DNA from: Heteronotia binoei | Taxonomy: Eukaryota | DNA: 64,000 nt | Direction: 5' to 3' | Assembly (NCBI RefSeq): GCF_032191835.1 | Contig: NC_083223.1 | Location: forward strand, 247,752,001 to 247,816,000 | Shown here: one piece after another, positions 35,283 to 47,900 of the stretch | Layout: the number at the start of each line of letters is the position of its first letter | Numbering within the stretch: position 1 is the first letter of the stretch | Translations under genes and position numbers: made by a program | The notes under the pieces: generated by a model | What the model saw: only the letters and a program-made list of their open reading frames with translations | Databases searched by the model: none | What the model was told of the DNA's origin: nothing

Positions 35283-36823
35283 GGTGAGTCAGAGGTATAC
35301 CTACTGAGTTGAATGGAGCTTGCTCCGTAGTAAGACTGCAGCCTGGGATACTGACCTTCCCTGTCTCTGGCTGCCTGTGGAATATGGGATGGCAAAGTCC
35401 TTTGAGGTTAGGGCACCCTTCAGCTCACCTGTGGGTGGTCCTTTTAAGTGGTGAATTGCCTGCTGTTGTTCAAGCCATCAAGTTCTGCTCCCATCTGTAG
35501 ATATCCTCCTTGCTTCTCCAGCTGGTTTGCCAGCCCTCTTGTCTCCTGTCCCCATGGCTGTTCCCTGCCTCTCCCTGTGGCTGGTGTTCCTTCTCTCTTT
35601 CTGACCTTGTGCCTGGGCTGGTTAAAAATCTCAGCTCAACCAAGGAGGCTGCAGACACGAAAAGGAACAGCCATGGCTCAGCCAGAGAGCTCTTTCTTTC
35701 GTTCCTTCTTCCCAACCAAAATGTGCATGCTGCCGTTCTGCCCCCAGGTGGCTAACCGTTAAAACATTATAAACACGTACCATAAAAGAATTGTCAAACC
35801 AAGCAATTAACAACAAAACTTAAACACACATTAAAAAGAAAACAGTAATTAAAGCATACAGCAGGGAGGAGGGGTCGTTGTGGGAATGCCAGATGAAGCA
35901 AAAAAGTCTTCACTCACTGATGGAAAACAGTGACAGAAGAGGACAGATGACATTCCCCTGGGAGAAACCTTTTGTGTGTCATGGCTTACTACATTTTATT
36001 AGTCTTCAAGGCGCTTCTGGACTCCTGCTGTTCTCTACTGCTACAAACAGACTAACCTGGCTTCCCGTCTTGGTCTATCTCGAGGGAGTTTTTATTGTAT
36101 TTGTTTATTGCAACATTTGTTAGCCACTTTTCTGTCTTGTGGAACTCAAGGCAGCTTACAATGTAAATAAAACAATTATTAAAAGCACCTTAAAAATTCA
36201 CAAGTTCTATAGTTTTGGTGCCATGACCAAAAAGGCCCTCTCTCAGGTTGTGACATGCCTAATTTTTTTTGGGGAGTGGGGAATTGACCCAAAGCAAGGC
36301 TTTGGAACATCACTGCAGCAGTTGGGTAGGTTCATATGAGTATTGTGTGGTCCTTCCTTTACGCCGGAAGGTTTTGATTTTGGTCCCTTGGAAAGACCCC
36401 TGCCTAAGCCGCTGCTGGTGAGAGAGCATCATCCCAGGCCTAAGAGGTCAATGGTCAGACACTATAGGCAACTTCGTATAAGTGGGTGTTGTCTCCAGCT
36501 TGGTTGCAGGGCTGCTTCTCCAGGATGGGCTGGCTGGGCATTTGCCAAAGCTCCAAGACTACAGCAAAGCCATGCCTTGCATGGGACAACTGAAAAGACA
36601 GTTCTAGAAATTTGGGGGTGATAATACTAGCCTGCATTACAGGACTGTTATATTATCCCGAGATCATGCATGTGAAGCCTTATGGAAATGTCAAGTGTCA
36701 CCCATGGGCTGAGAAATGGGAAGGGGCAGGGCCCATTCCTGCAATTCTCAAAAGCTGTTCAAAGAAATGGGTTGAGCAGAGAATCTGAGCAGCCTGCCCC
36801 ACTAAGAGCATCTCTTTCCCCAG

Positions 36824-36970
36824 GGCAGGAACGCCTCTGAACAGGTGAAGATGATACGACGGGTAGAGGAGTATAGCCGAACCTGCTCCGAGTCTCAGCG
36901 AGTGGGCACATCTGTGGAAGTGGAGAAGCCACGACAAGATTTATACCAGCTGTTTGGCTATGGAGATGTG
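36824..36970 (+). CDS. KHK: Ketohexokinase exon 5 (147 nt)
   Basis: GRNASEQVKMIRRVEEYSRTCSESQRVGTSVEVEKPRQDLYQLFGYGDV; cccag| and |gtaggg. Confidence 0.96.
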
Positions 36971-37639
36971 GTAGGGAACTCCAAGGCGGGAGCTGTTAAT
37001 AATCTAAGGGGGCACCTTGGCTGAATTTAGGAAGGATGCGGCTAGTTCTGGAACAAACCAAAGACGGGCATCCCAACCTGGATTAGGGCACACCAGACAG
37101 CTGTTGCCCCACTAGTAGTTATACTGCAAGGCCACCTGGGGAGTCCCACATTCTTGTCAATGTTTTTGATCAGCAGCAGCTATAGAGACCTGCAATTGTA
37201 GCATAAGATGAAATTCCCTTTGGAAGAATCCATAATGCTCAAGTCAAAATACATTTCAGTGATCTATGTGGCCTTCTCCTGTTGACTGAGGTATCCAGTT
37301 ATTCAGCTACAAGACTGGGCAGCCAGCATGTTCAGATATCTGCTAGCTAATTCTAAGTAGAGAACCACGGGAGGGGTTGTGGCTCAGTGGTAGAGTAGGC
37401 AGAAGTTCAGTCCCCAGCATCTCCATTTAAAAAGGACAAGGTGATGTGGAAGACCTCCAGATGAGAAGATTCCCCACCAGAAAGATTAGGCAATACTGAC
37501 CTTGATGACGGAGCAGTAGCGCAACACAGTAAAAAACAGCTTCCTGTGTGTCCAACATTCCTTTCATGGCCTGCTTACGGAGCCCCTGTACCGTAAATCC
37601 TCTGGCAGACAGTCAGCTGAGCAGGGCTGGGCAAAGTTT

Positions 37640-37932
37640 AAGAGCCAGTTTGGTGTGAACTCTTATTTGGGAGGTTAAGTGTATGAACTCTTATTTGGGA
37701 GGACCGAGTTTGATTCCCCACTCCTCTACATGCACCTGCTGATGTGACTTTGAGTCAGTCACAAGTTCTCACAGAGCTGTTCCTCTCAAGAGCCGTTTCG
37801 GTCAGAGTTCTCTCAGCTCCACCTTCCTCACAGGCTGTCTGTTGTGGGGAGGGGAAGGGAAAGCAGATTGTAAGCCACTCTGAGACACCTTTGGGTAGTG
37901 AAGAGCAGGGTATAAATCCAGTCTCCTCTTCT
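37640..37932 (+). mobile_element. Squam3-like SINE with an internal ~19-bp duplication
   Basis: tgaactcttatttgggagg occurs twice in the head. Confidence 0.8.
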
Positions 37933-37984
37933 CTTTAAAGTGCCTTGAAATGATGGTGATTTTGCCACTGTTCTCTTCCTCCAG

Positions 37985-38073
37985 GTGTTTGTCAGCAAGG
38001 ATGTGGCTAAAGATTTTGGTTTCTATTCTGCCTCTGAAGCTGTGAAGGGGCTGTACAGGCGTGTGAAACCAGG
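37985..38073 (+). CDS. KHK: Ketohexokinase exon 6 (89 nt)
   Basis: [29 protein letters not shown](G); ccag| and |gtaggt. Confidence 0.96.
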
Positions 38074-38480
38074 GTAGGTGGAGGCCACGAAGTCAGGTGG
38101 GGTAGTTACACTGGAATTGCTTCATATAGTCCCTTATCCAGTGCTTGAGGGAGAGGGGAATGTATGAAATGGAACCGTGAGATGGAATCAAACTGCAGAA
38201 GGACCTCACAGGGCCCATATCAATGGCAGGAGAAAGTCCCTGACTTAACCTTAACCTGATTTAACTTAACCTGTTGACAGTTGCCATTAAGAGCGCCAGT
38301 GTGTAGTTGTTAAGAGCGGCAGACTCCAATCTGGAGAACCGGGTTTGGTTCCCTCCATATGAAGTTTGCTGGGTGACCTTGGGCCAGTCACAGTTCTCTC
38401 TCAAAACTCTTTCAGCCTCACCTACCTCACAAGGTGTCTGTTGCGAGGAGAGGAAGGGTATGTGATTGTAAGCTGCTTTG

Positions 38481-39111
38481 AATCGTAGAGTTGGAAGGGA
38501 CCTCTAGGGTCATCTAGTCCAACCCCCTGCACAATGCAGGAAACTCACAAACACCTCTCCTCTAAATTCACAGGATCTTCATTGCTGTCAGATGGCCATC
38601 TAGCCTCTGTTTAAAAACCTCCAAGGAAGGAGAGCCCACCACCTCACGAGGAACCCTGTTCCACTGAGGAATCGCTCTGTCAGGAAGTTCTTCCTAATGT
38701 TGAGTCGGAAACTCTTTTGATTTAATTTCAACCCGCTGGTTCTGGTCCTACCTTCCGGGGCCACAGAAAACAATTCCACACCATCCTCTATATGACAGCC
38801 CTTCAAGTGCTTGAAGATGGCGATCATATCACCTCTCAGCTGTCTCCTCTCCAGGATAAACATCCCCAGCTCCTTCAGCCTTTCCTCATAGGACTTGGTC
38901 TCCAGACCCCTCACCATCTTCGTTGCCCTCCTCTGGACTCGTTCCAGCTTGTCTATATCCTTAAAATGTGGTGCCCAAAACTGAACATGATATTGCAGGT
39001 GAGGTCTTACCAGAGCAGAGTAAAGCGATACCATCACATCACGTGATCTGGACACTATACTTCCGTTGATACAGCCCAAAATTGCATTTGCCTTTTTAGC
39101 CACCACATCAC
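38481..39111 (-). mobile_element. CR1 LINE 3' fragment inserted into a SINE (SINE halves ~38295-38480 and ~39226-39275)
   Basis: Antisense ORF 38600-39106 ([33 protein letters not shown]...) is CR1 ORF2; the SINE resumes on the far side. Confidence 0.9.
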
Positions 39112-39760
39112 CTCTGCTCTAGTCCCCAGTAGGCCCTGACTTGAATAGCCCAGCCTATTTCATAAGCTAAGCAGGGTCCACCATAGTTACTATTGCATTT
39201 GCCTTTTTAGCCATTGCATTTATCTTTTGAGACTCCTTAAGGTAGAGAAAAGCGGGGTATGAAAACCTGCTCTTCTCAATGCTCTTCATTGACCCTGCCA
39301 GAGAATGAAACTCATTGGCCCTCTGTGGGAATTCCCTGCACCTCTAATTTCTCTAACTGGTTTGGAAATATTTCTTGATCCCAACCTCAATCTGCTTCCT
39401 TGGCTACAGCTTGAGCTGGTGGCTTCTCATCTGTCTGGAGGTGAGCATGAGGGGCATGTGTATTCACACTGCAAAGTGCTTCCCCCACACAGACTGCCAC
39501 TGAAATACTTTAAACTGCTTTCTTTAGTTCCACCCTACCAAGCTAACTCAGAGCTCACCATGTTATGACTCCCATCTGCATTCATACTGGGGTGGGAACA
39601 GCAATGGGGTTATCCATCCTACCTGAATGGCCAGGCACCTGGCTTTTGCTGTGCCCTTTTTGGTCACCTTGATTGTGTAGGATGCAGTGTTTGTAAGCAG
39701 AGGGTGTGTTGAGACAGGTGTCCTCACCCCACAAACTCTCTGCTTCTCCCCCCTCCCCAG

Positions 39761-39918
39761 GGCCACCTTGATCTGTGCTTGGGCTGAGAATGGGGCTGAT
39801 GCGATGGGACCAGATGGGCAACTGGTGCACTCAGATGCCTTCCCCCCCGACAACGTCGTGGACACGCTGGGAGCCGGGGACACCTTCAACGCTTCTGTCA
39901 TCCTTGCTCTAAGCAGGG
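39761..39918 (+). CDS. KHK: Ketohexokinase exon 7 (158 nt)
   Basis: [52 protein letters not shown]; PfkB signature DTLGAGD; cccag| and |gtgagt. Confidence 0.97.
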
Positions 39919-40113
39919 GTGAGTACAGCAATCCTTCTCCTCCCTTCCTACACTTCTGTCTTGTCCAATCCTACCTGCCTTGTCAAATAGCAGCACTAGG
40001 ACACAGGGCAGATGCATTAGATGTTCCCTTCTGTCCATTTACCCTTCAAGTTTTAATAGGCTGGTTGTGCCTCTGTACTGTGGAGAGAGTTGATGTTCTG
40101 CTTTCTGTGGCAG

Positions 40114-40199
40114 GGAGACCACTTCAGGAGGCCATCACCTATGGGTGCCAGGTGGCTGGCCGGAAGTGTGGGGTGCATGGCTATGATGGGATCGTGTGA
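40114..40199 (+). CDS. KHK: Ketohexokinase exon 8 (86 nt, stop); total CDS 897 nt = 298 aa
   Basis: (G)[27 protein letters not shown]; ggcag| acceptor. Confidence 0.96.
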
Positions 40200-40461
40200 G
40201 CTGCATTCCAGAACGCATTCCGGAAGCCACATCTGCTGGGTCTGGGACCCTTCTCCAAGCCAAGGACCAAAATCTTCTGCTGCTGCACTGCATACACACC
40301 ATGGATGCTGGTGCTGCTTTTATGCAACTCACAGGTGGTGGGAGAGGGAAAGGCCAAGCCTGACTTGCCATCCTGCACGTACCGTGCTGTCTGCTCTGGC
40401 TGGCCCTGGTGCTTTTGTCCCCAGTGGGGACTCTTGTGTTGCTACTTCTTGAGTAAAGATC

Positions 40462-40467
40462 AATAAA
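40462..40467 (+). terminator. KHK: Probable KHK poly(A) signal AATAAA
   Basis: First canonical hexamer, ~260 nt after the stop codon. Confidence 0.7.
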
Positions 40468-41027
40468 AGCGCTCAGATTTACAGATCACGGCTGCCTCTC
40501 TGTGCAAGTCCCATATAAAAGGTTTGCAGAGGAAGCCTGTCTGTCTCTTGGATGGTCAGGAGGAGCAGCACAAAGTATATATCGGAGTATTGTTGGAACT
40601 CTCTGTCTGGGGCAGTGAGGCTCTGTATTCTTGGTGCTGGGGAGGGGCAACAATGGGAGGGCTTCTAGTGTCCTGGCCCTACTAGTGGGCCTCCTGATGG
40701 CATCTGTTTGGTTGGGTTTTTTGGCCACTGTGTGACAGTGTTGGACTGGATGGCCATTGGCCTGATCCAGCATAGCTTCTTTTATGCTCCTAAGACCCTA
40801 GGATGGGGGTAAGGAGCAGGAATCCGGATACTGCTGAGGCATTCTGCATCCTTCAAAATGACCAGTGGAAGAAGGGATAATTTGAAGCCAAGGGGGAATC
40901 AGGCTATGTAATTTAGCATTTAGCACTCTTTCTATGCACTCTGCCCTGCCCCCTCATGCACTATGCCTCATGAAGGGCTACAGGCATTGGGAGGGAGGAC
41001 AGGAATCCTGGCCTTATGATTAACAAG

Positions 41028-41209
41028 CAGGGCTTTTTTAGTAGCAGGAACTCCTTTGTATATTAGGCCACACACCCCTGATGTAGCCAATCTTTTAAGA
41101 GCTTACAGGGTTCTTAGTACAGGGCCTACTGTAAGCTCCAGGAGGATTGGCTACATCAGGGGTGTGTGGCCTAATATGCAAAGAAGTTCCTGCTACAAAA
41201 AAAGCCCTG
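41028..41209. mobile_element. Fold-back hAT-type MITE (same family as 638-821)
   Basis: Palindrome with cagggcttttt/aaaaagccctg termini; no clear TSD. Confidence 0.8.
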
Positions 41210-41499
41210 TAAAATATTTTAGAGCGCTATATAAACTTGTATGGATACTGTGGCCCACCAAAAAGGCCATGACCTGGATAGCCCAGGCTAGCCCAATCTC
41301 ATCAGATCTCAAAAACGAAGCAGGCCATGGCTAGTATTTGGAGGACTGACTCCAAGAAATACCAGGGTTGTGACACAGAGCCAGGTAATGGCAAACCACC
41401 TCTGAAATGTCTCTTGCCTTAAACCGCCCCCCCCCCAAGTTTAGCTTACCACCTAGTGGTGCATAATGCTAAAACAGCCAGAACTTCTGGCTGCCAGAC

Positions 41500-41830
41500 C
41501 ATATCAGGATCTCCTGGCTATATTATACACAATGCCATAACATAATCATTGTTATTACCACCCAGAAGACAACTAAGTGGATTCTAGATCAAATCCAGCC
41601 TGAATTCTCCCTAGAAGCTAAGCTGACTAAACTGGTCTCATTATGAGAAGACACTGCAAAAGACAATGCTAGGGAAAGGTGAAGGCAACAGGAAGAGAGG
41701 AAGACCCAAGATGAGATGGACTGACCCACTTAAAGCCCTTAGTTAAGGAGAGGATGTTTTGGAGGTCATTAATTCATAGGCTCGCTGTAAGTTGGAAAAA
41801 CTTACCAACACTTAACACATGCACATGAAT
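41500..41830 (+). mobile_element. RTE-BovB LINE 3' fragment, decayed
   Basis: Degenerate KTMLGKGEGNRKRGRPKMRW-type C-terminus (ctagggaaaggtgaaggcaacaggaagagaggaagacccaagatgagatgg). Confidence 0.75.
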
Positions 41831-42185
41831 TCACAGAGAATAGGTGGCTGTTAACCCTAAGGCTACATCCATAAGATCTACAGATGGTGGGGGCTCACTG
41901 TGGGTCATATGTTGCCACTAGGGCCATATGTTGGTGGTGTGTGGTTATGGTTACAGTGAGTAGTAGAATTAGTGCCAAGCTGCATGCTTGGTTGATCTGA
42001 TCCAGCATGGCAAGTCTTGAAATCCTGAGCACTGGTGGTTCTTTTCTGCTTAATGCTAGCCGAGATTTACTGTGGACAGGGCCTGGCATCAAACATAACC
42101 CAGGCTGCCCTTGTGTTTTGGGTGGCTCCCTTCAAGATGTTTGTTTCCTCTTTTTGTGACACAAAGACATCAAGTTCAAAGACAC

Positions 42186-42191
42186 TTTATT
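42186..42191 (-). terminator. CGREF1: Probable CGREF1 poly(A) signal AATAAA (minus strand)
   Basis: TTTATT on +, followed on the minus strand by GU-rich gtgtctttgaacttgatgtctttgtgt; ~940 nt after the stop. Confidence 0.6.
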
Positions 42192-43130
42192 GGCAGGGCA
42201 AAACACAGAGAGTGTATCAAAGTACAGGAGATTGAGAGGGCCAATGCCATCAGTAACCTTCCTTTTATGAAACCTACAAGGAAGGAAAGGTAGACAGCAG
42301 CTGCCCACTTAGGAGAGTTGCTGCGGCTCAGTGGTAGAGCATCTGCTTTGCGTGATTAAAGAGCCCAGGTTCAATTCCAGGCATCTCTAGTTTAAAGGAT
42401 TACTTGGTAGGTGATGTGAAAGGCTTCCATGTGAGACCCTGGAGAATTGCTGCCAGTCAGAGTGGACAATGCTGGCCTTGATCAACCAAGGAGTGACTTG
42501 ATAGAAGGCAGCTTCATGTGTTGGGAGGAGCCAAGACAGACACTAACCAGTTCCCTAGCATGCAGGCATTGTGCTTCTGTGTTTCACATCCTGAGAGTCT
42601 TGAGGCTGGGAGTAGGAAATGGTTCTTTGCCTATTTGGTGGGGGGAGTGGCACTTGGAGGTGGAGAACACCACTGGCATTGCAGCCTCCAGACCTACTTG
42701 CATGGTACACAGAGAGCTGGGTAAAGCCTTCTCTGCAAAGAGATGTTCTGTGAAGGACACCAAGGATACCAGGTCCTGGACACCTGATCCAGGCTAAGCC
42801 AATCAATATCCATACAGGGGACAGTACATTTGGGATTCTCAGTTGCATGTTGATGGGGATGGCACTTGGAGCAGGCAAGATAAGCAAGGATTTGTGCACA
42901 GAGCCTGAGAGCTGCACACATGACTGAAAGGGTGAGAAATCTGGGTGGTTCCAGGGACATGGGCACAACAGGAAATGACAGCAGCAAGCTCGAATTGGCT
43001 GGAAGGGAGTGGAATGGAGAACCACCTACCTGCAGCCTCTTCTAGGGAATTGCCCTGGAATAGTTCTGCTCCTCTGTCCACAGGGCCAAGCCACCCACCA
43101 GACTTCTTCCTCTCCTGAGCAGGGTATGCA

Positions 43131-43505
43131 TCAGTTTCCAGGAACAGGAGGCATCTCAGCCCCTTGTCCCTGAGTGTCCAGCGATGCTTCCTGGCCAGGA
43201 TCCCCTTTATGCATTGGTGTTCCAGGGCTCAGTGAAGGGGCCTCCATCACTCCCTGCTCCTGAAAAGTCTCTGGGGCAGCCGGGGGTTCTGATGTACCGT
43301 GCTGGACTGGGAGGTCTGAGAGCCCAACACTTTGTCCGTCTGGCTCTGGAGGGGCCCATAACACTGCCCCATCTTCTCCACTGGGGGCAGCAAGCAGTAC
43401 TGGGGCCTGATCCTGCCAGGGGCCCAGAAACAGCTCGGAGGGATCCAGCAACCCATCCTGGTTCAAGTCCTGTGTCTCCAGGATGCTGTCCACCATCAGC
43501 ACCAG
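43131..43505 (-). CDS. CGREF1: CGREF1 last coding exon (375 nt, EF-hand 2 and Pro/Glu-rich tail); total CDS 723 nt = 240 aa
   Basis: LVLMVDSILETQDLNQDGLLDPSEL...PPVPGN*; ttctgcag| acceptor; EF loop DLNQDGLLDPSE. Confidence 0.93.
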   Translation of the reverse strand: MVLMVDSILETQDLNQDGLLDPSELFLGPWQDQAPVLLAAPSGEDGAVLWAPPEPDGQSVGLSDLPVQHGTSEPPAAPETFQEQGVMEAPSLSPGTPMHKGDPGQEASLDTQGQGAEMPPVPGN

Positions 43506-44839
43506 CTGCAGAAGTGGAAGAAGAGATGAAGTCAACACTTTCATTAGTAACAAAAAAACACCCATGGTCACTGTTTCCCCCACTCCGCGGAGCTTTAATC
43601 CTTTATTTGATTGCTTTAGTCTTATTAAAATAATAGAATTAAACTATGCCTAACAGATACCTTGGGTGCCTTCTAAGTATACCCAACTCTGCCCTTTTAA
43701 GAAGAAAACTGTGGCAACCAGCCTTTGAGGCTAAAGGGAGGCAAGAGAGAATACTTGTTCTGGTGGCCTAGGGTTGCCAGCTTCCTAGTGGGGTCTAGAG
43801 ATTTTCTGATTCCTCTGGTGAAAAATTACAGCTTTGGAAAGTGGACTCTATGACGTACCTCTCTGAGGGAGATCTTAGTGGAGCCCAAGATCCTTACACT
43901 TCTTGACTGAGGGCTGATTCATATATGCCCCAAGAATGAGAAGAAAAAGCCCTGAGTCAGTAGAGGCGACTGTTCCACTTGAGACTGCAGATGGATTTGA
44001 ATGTGTCTTCAGATGGAAGGAAAACCATGAGAATTAGTCCAGCAGGGAGAAAGGCTCAGCCCTCTTGCCATTTGCTTGCAGTGCTGGTTTTCTGCTTGCC
44101 AGTTTTTAAAACAAAGGGAAACATGCTAAATTGTAATCTTCTACCTGCAGTCTGAAGTGGTGCAGTCCACATTGCATGTCTGCTCCAGGGCACATTGTAG
44201 CTATCCTGAAACTCAAGGGAGTTTCACGAGAAAAATGAAACAGCAGGAACAGGAGATGAAAGATTTTAAGCAATTAGAGCTTTGTTAGGGGACTGTCACA
44301 AAAATATGTAGTTAGTAAAACTATGCTGAAGTCACATGAAATCAGAAAAAAATAATAAACACTGTGTTCTTGAATTATTTTTATGTAGCAAATTTTTATT
44401 GCACACAAATGCAGTATAGTATAATGACTTACGTATTTTGTTTTGTGATTGATGAAGACCTACTAGTTTGAAAAAGCTGCTTTGTCATAGCTGCTTCCTT
44501 GGTACCTCCTAACATTTTGTGTAACCTTTTAACATTTTGTGATTGACCTGGGACAGCCATTTTGTGATTGGCCTCAATCCCCATGATAGCTGTTTTGCCA
44601 TTGGTTCCAACTCCATGGCAACCATTTTGTTGTGGTGGCCACTGCCTGTTCTTCCAGACTGCTCACAGGTTCCCCTGCTCGAGAGTCAAGTTATGACAGC
44701 CAAGAGTGGCAGCCTCAGGGTAACAAGAAATGAGATCCAGAGGTTACCTCCTAACAAAGGAGGCAACAACCTAGGACAAGATGGCAGAGAGTGTCTTTCT
44801 CCTGGCAGAGGTACCAAGGACGAATAAAACAGCACTTAC

Positions 44840-44964
44840 TAAGTCAGACAAGGGTTGCCTTTTGGCTTGTTCTTCCACCAGCTCACTAAGCATCCGCATG
44901 AATTCGAGGCCATCCAGTCGGCCACTCTTGTCATAGTCATGAAGAGCAAAGAGAAGTAAGAGAG
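44840..44964 (-). CDS. CGREF1: CGREF1 coding exon (125 nt, EF-hand 1)
   Basis: (A)LLLLFALHDYDKSGRLDGLEFMRMLSELVEEQAKRQPLSDL, like human LLYLFALHDYDQSGQLDGLELL; ctgcag| and |gtaagt. Confidence 0.95.
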
Positions 44965-47900
44965 CTGCAGATAAGGGGAGAAGACTGTGTCAGCCAAAAG
45001 GAAAGCAACTGGGAAACCACTGTAGGAGTAATGATGGTGGTGATGGATTTTCATTTATACTCTCCCTTTCTCACTGGGACTCAAAGCAGATTACAAGTAA
45101 TGATGCTTCCTTCTGTCTTACCACACCTGTTGTACTTGTAATCTGTCTTGAATCCCAATAAGAAAGGTGGACTATTAATGAAAATACGTAAATAACTTGG
45201 ACTGCCTACAGAGACTACCAAAAAATTACTATAGCCAAACTATAATGGTTTAATGGGACAGAGCTGTCTTTCCTGTGTGGCATGGAGGGGCCTACTGGCT
45301 AAAGGAAACAAATCTAGGTCATAGAATCAGACTTAGAATAGGCCATACAGGCCATCTAGTCCAACCCCTGTTCAGTGCAGGATCAGCCTGGAGCATCCCT
45401 GAGAAGTGTTTGTCCAGCCACTGCTTAAAGACTGCTAGGTCAGTTTAGTAAGGTGGCTGCCAACATTTAAATGCAGAGATGCCTCTCTTGAGCTGGTATT
45501 GGGAAACATGTGTGCACATCTGCCTGTAACTTGTTGATAGTATACATGGAGCTTGCTGGGCCTGGGTCTATGGGTTGCTTCCAGTGAGGTGAAATGAAAT
45601 TTACTCAGCGTAGTTCCACTTGTGCAAAAGGTAACATAGAGGTTCCTCCAACACAAAGCAGTTCAATATAATTCTCAATATAACTTTAATGAGGGGTCAC
45701 CCAATGTTCCTTCTAAACTGAGTTAGTGTAAGCTAGCTGACAGTTTTTTAGCCTCCGGTTCACACATTTTTGTCTTAGCTCAGGAAGGATGGCCCCAGAG
45801 AAAAATAATGTATGCAGTAGCTTGCAACATTAATGGCAGTAGCTCATGAAGTAGAATTTTTGCTCACAAGACTCCACAGCTTACTGGGGGTACTATGGCT
45901 CAGTGGTAAAGCAGCCACTTGGCATACAGAAGGTCCCAAGTTCAATCCTCAGCTTCTCCAGTTAAATGATCTGGCAGTAGGTGATGAGAAAGATATCTGG
46001 GACACTGGAGAGCTGCTGCTGGTCTGAGGAGACAGTACTGACCTTGATGGACCAATGGTCTTATCTAGTATAAGGCAGCTTCAACACTTCCCTTCTGTAT
46101 GTTTCGTCTAAGAACTGCAATAACAATAAACAAACTACAGCTTCAACACCATGTGCGAGGAGCAGTCAAATGTGCAGCAAGGTTTAATTTGCTTTTGAAA
46201 TTGTATCAGCAGAAACAGCTTTTGTTGTGTATGTCTTGTACTCCCCCAAAAGGTGCAGGGACTGTTGCATAAATGGAAGTTTTCCATGGGATGCAACCCA
46301 ATGCGTCGTCATGGGATCTGCCTCTATGGGGGGACCTTTGTTAAGTCGCACTGCTTGCCACAACTGGGAAATTTTTGCAAACAGCATTTGTAAAGAGATT
46401 TTCCCTCTTCATCAGAGTCAGAAGAACTGTCCTTAGGGTTACCCTCAAAGCACACTAAAGACCACCCTAATGTGGGGGAAGGAGGAGCAAAAGAATGTGT
46501 TGCATGCCAGCTGGGAGTAAGGCAGCATCCTCAGCCTCCAGCAGCACAAAGCACTGAAAGCTGCAGCTGGCTAGTTTCTTATTTTAGGTCTCGGTTACGC
46601 TATGTAATTTTATGCCTGGCTTCTATTGGTCAAAGCCGACCACAAGGCAGCAGGCTGGAGAGAGTGATGGGCCACATCAAATCAGTTTACTTCTCAAGGC
46701 AGAGGAGGAACAGACATCTTGTAATGGGCAATCATTGCCACCAGGCATTAAAACACCAAACATTTCTCATCTGAGTGTCTTTTCCAACTTCAGCTTTATA
46801 AGTATGATTTTGCTTTAGAAAAGCAGGTGAGAAGTATGAGGATCTGCCTTAGAACATGTTTCTCTCTCTCTGTAAAAGGCTCTGAACAGACTTAGGGTGG
46901 GTAAGAACCACACCTTCAGCCTAGCCAGCTGAATCAAAAAGAGCCAGTGAGGTATAGTGGTTAAGAGTGTAGTATCTGGAAGACCCTGGTTAGATGCCCT
47001 GCTTGTGCACTGGAAGCTTGCTGGGTGACCTTGGGCCAGTCACACTCTCTGACCCTAATCTAACTCACAAGTTGCTGTTGGGATAAAATGGAGGAGTGAA
47101 GTACGTAAGCTGCCGTGGGTCCCTGCTGGGGAGAAAGGCTGGAGTATAAATGAATAAAATAAAACAAATAAATCTTCAATACAAGAGGCCAACTGAAGAT
47201 ACTGAGACCAATTTTGCATTAGACCTTTAATCCTGGTTTAGCCCTGTCCCCAAACTGACATTCTACACTAGAACAATAGAATCAGAGAAACCAACCCTAT
47301 GACTATGATTCTATGATTTTAGTGTGAATGTCATCTTGGGGACAGGGCTAAACCAGGATAAAAGGTCTAGTGCGAAAGTGATCTGATTGTCCCTCTCATT
47401 GGCTGAAAAAATATTCTAACCTTTCTAATTTGCTTCTTGATATTTAGCATGATATACAGACACAGACTGCCTCCTCAGGCAATATCCAACTTGCCACTTA
47501 GGATTCTCTCCCCAGGCCTCCTCCTCCTCCTCCTCTGCAGCTGCAGCTGAGAGGCAGATGACAACCAGTGACAAGGCTTTTTCAGTGGTGGCACCTCATC
47601 TTTGAAATACCTTTCCTTGCTGCCCTTTAAGTGCCAAGTCAAAACATTTTTTCTTTTCACTAAGGCTTTTAATGGAGGGTTTCCATATTTTAATGCTTTT
47701 TAAATGATCTGCTTCTAGCCTGAGGATTCTTTTGTAAATATCATGTTAGATGGCGCACACACACACACTCATACATATATGCACACTTCATGCCGAGGTT
47801 TTACTTTGTGTGACTGATGAAGTGAGCTTTAGGTTGCACTAGTAAATCTGTTCATTTTCAAGGGGCCACAAAACTCTTTGTGTTCAGGCTGGATATTATG

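Noticed and set aside
42320-42390. tRNA-Ala/Cys-like gene (also ~14310, 30100, 37378, 45895)
   Set aside because: A/B boxes are present but the cloverleaf is broken and each continues into a common repeat body: tRNA-derived SINE heads.
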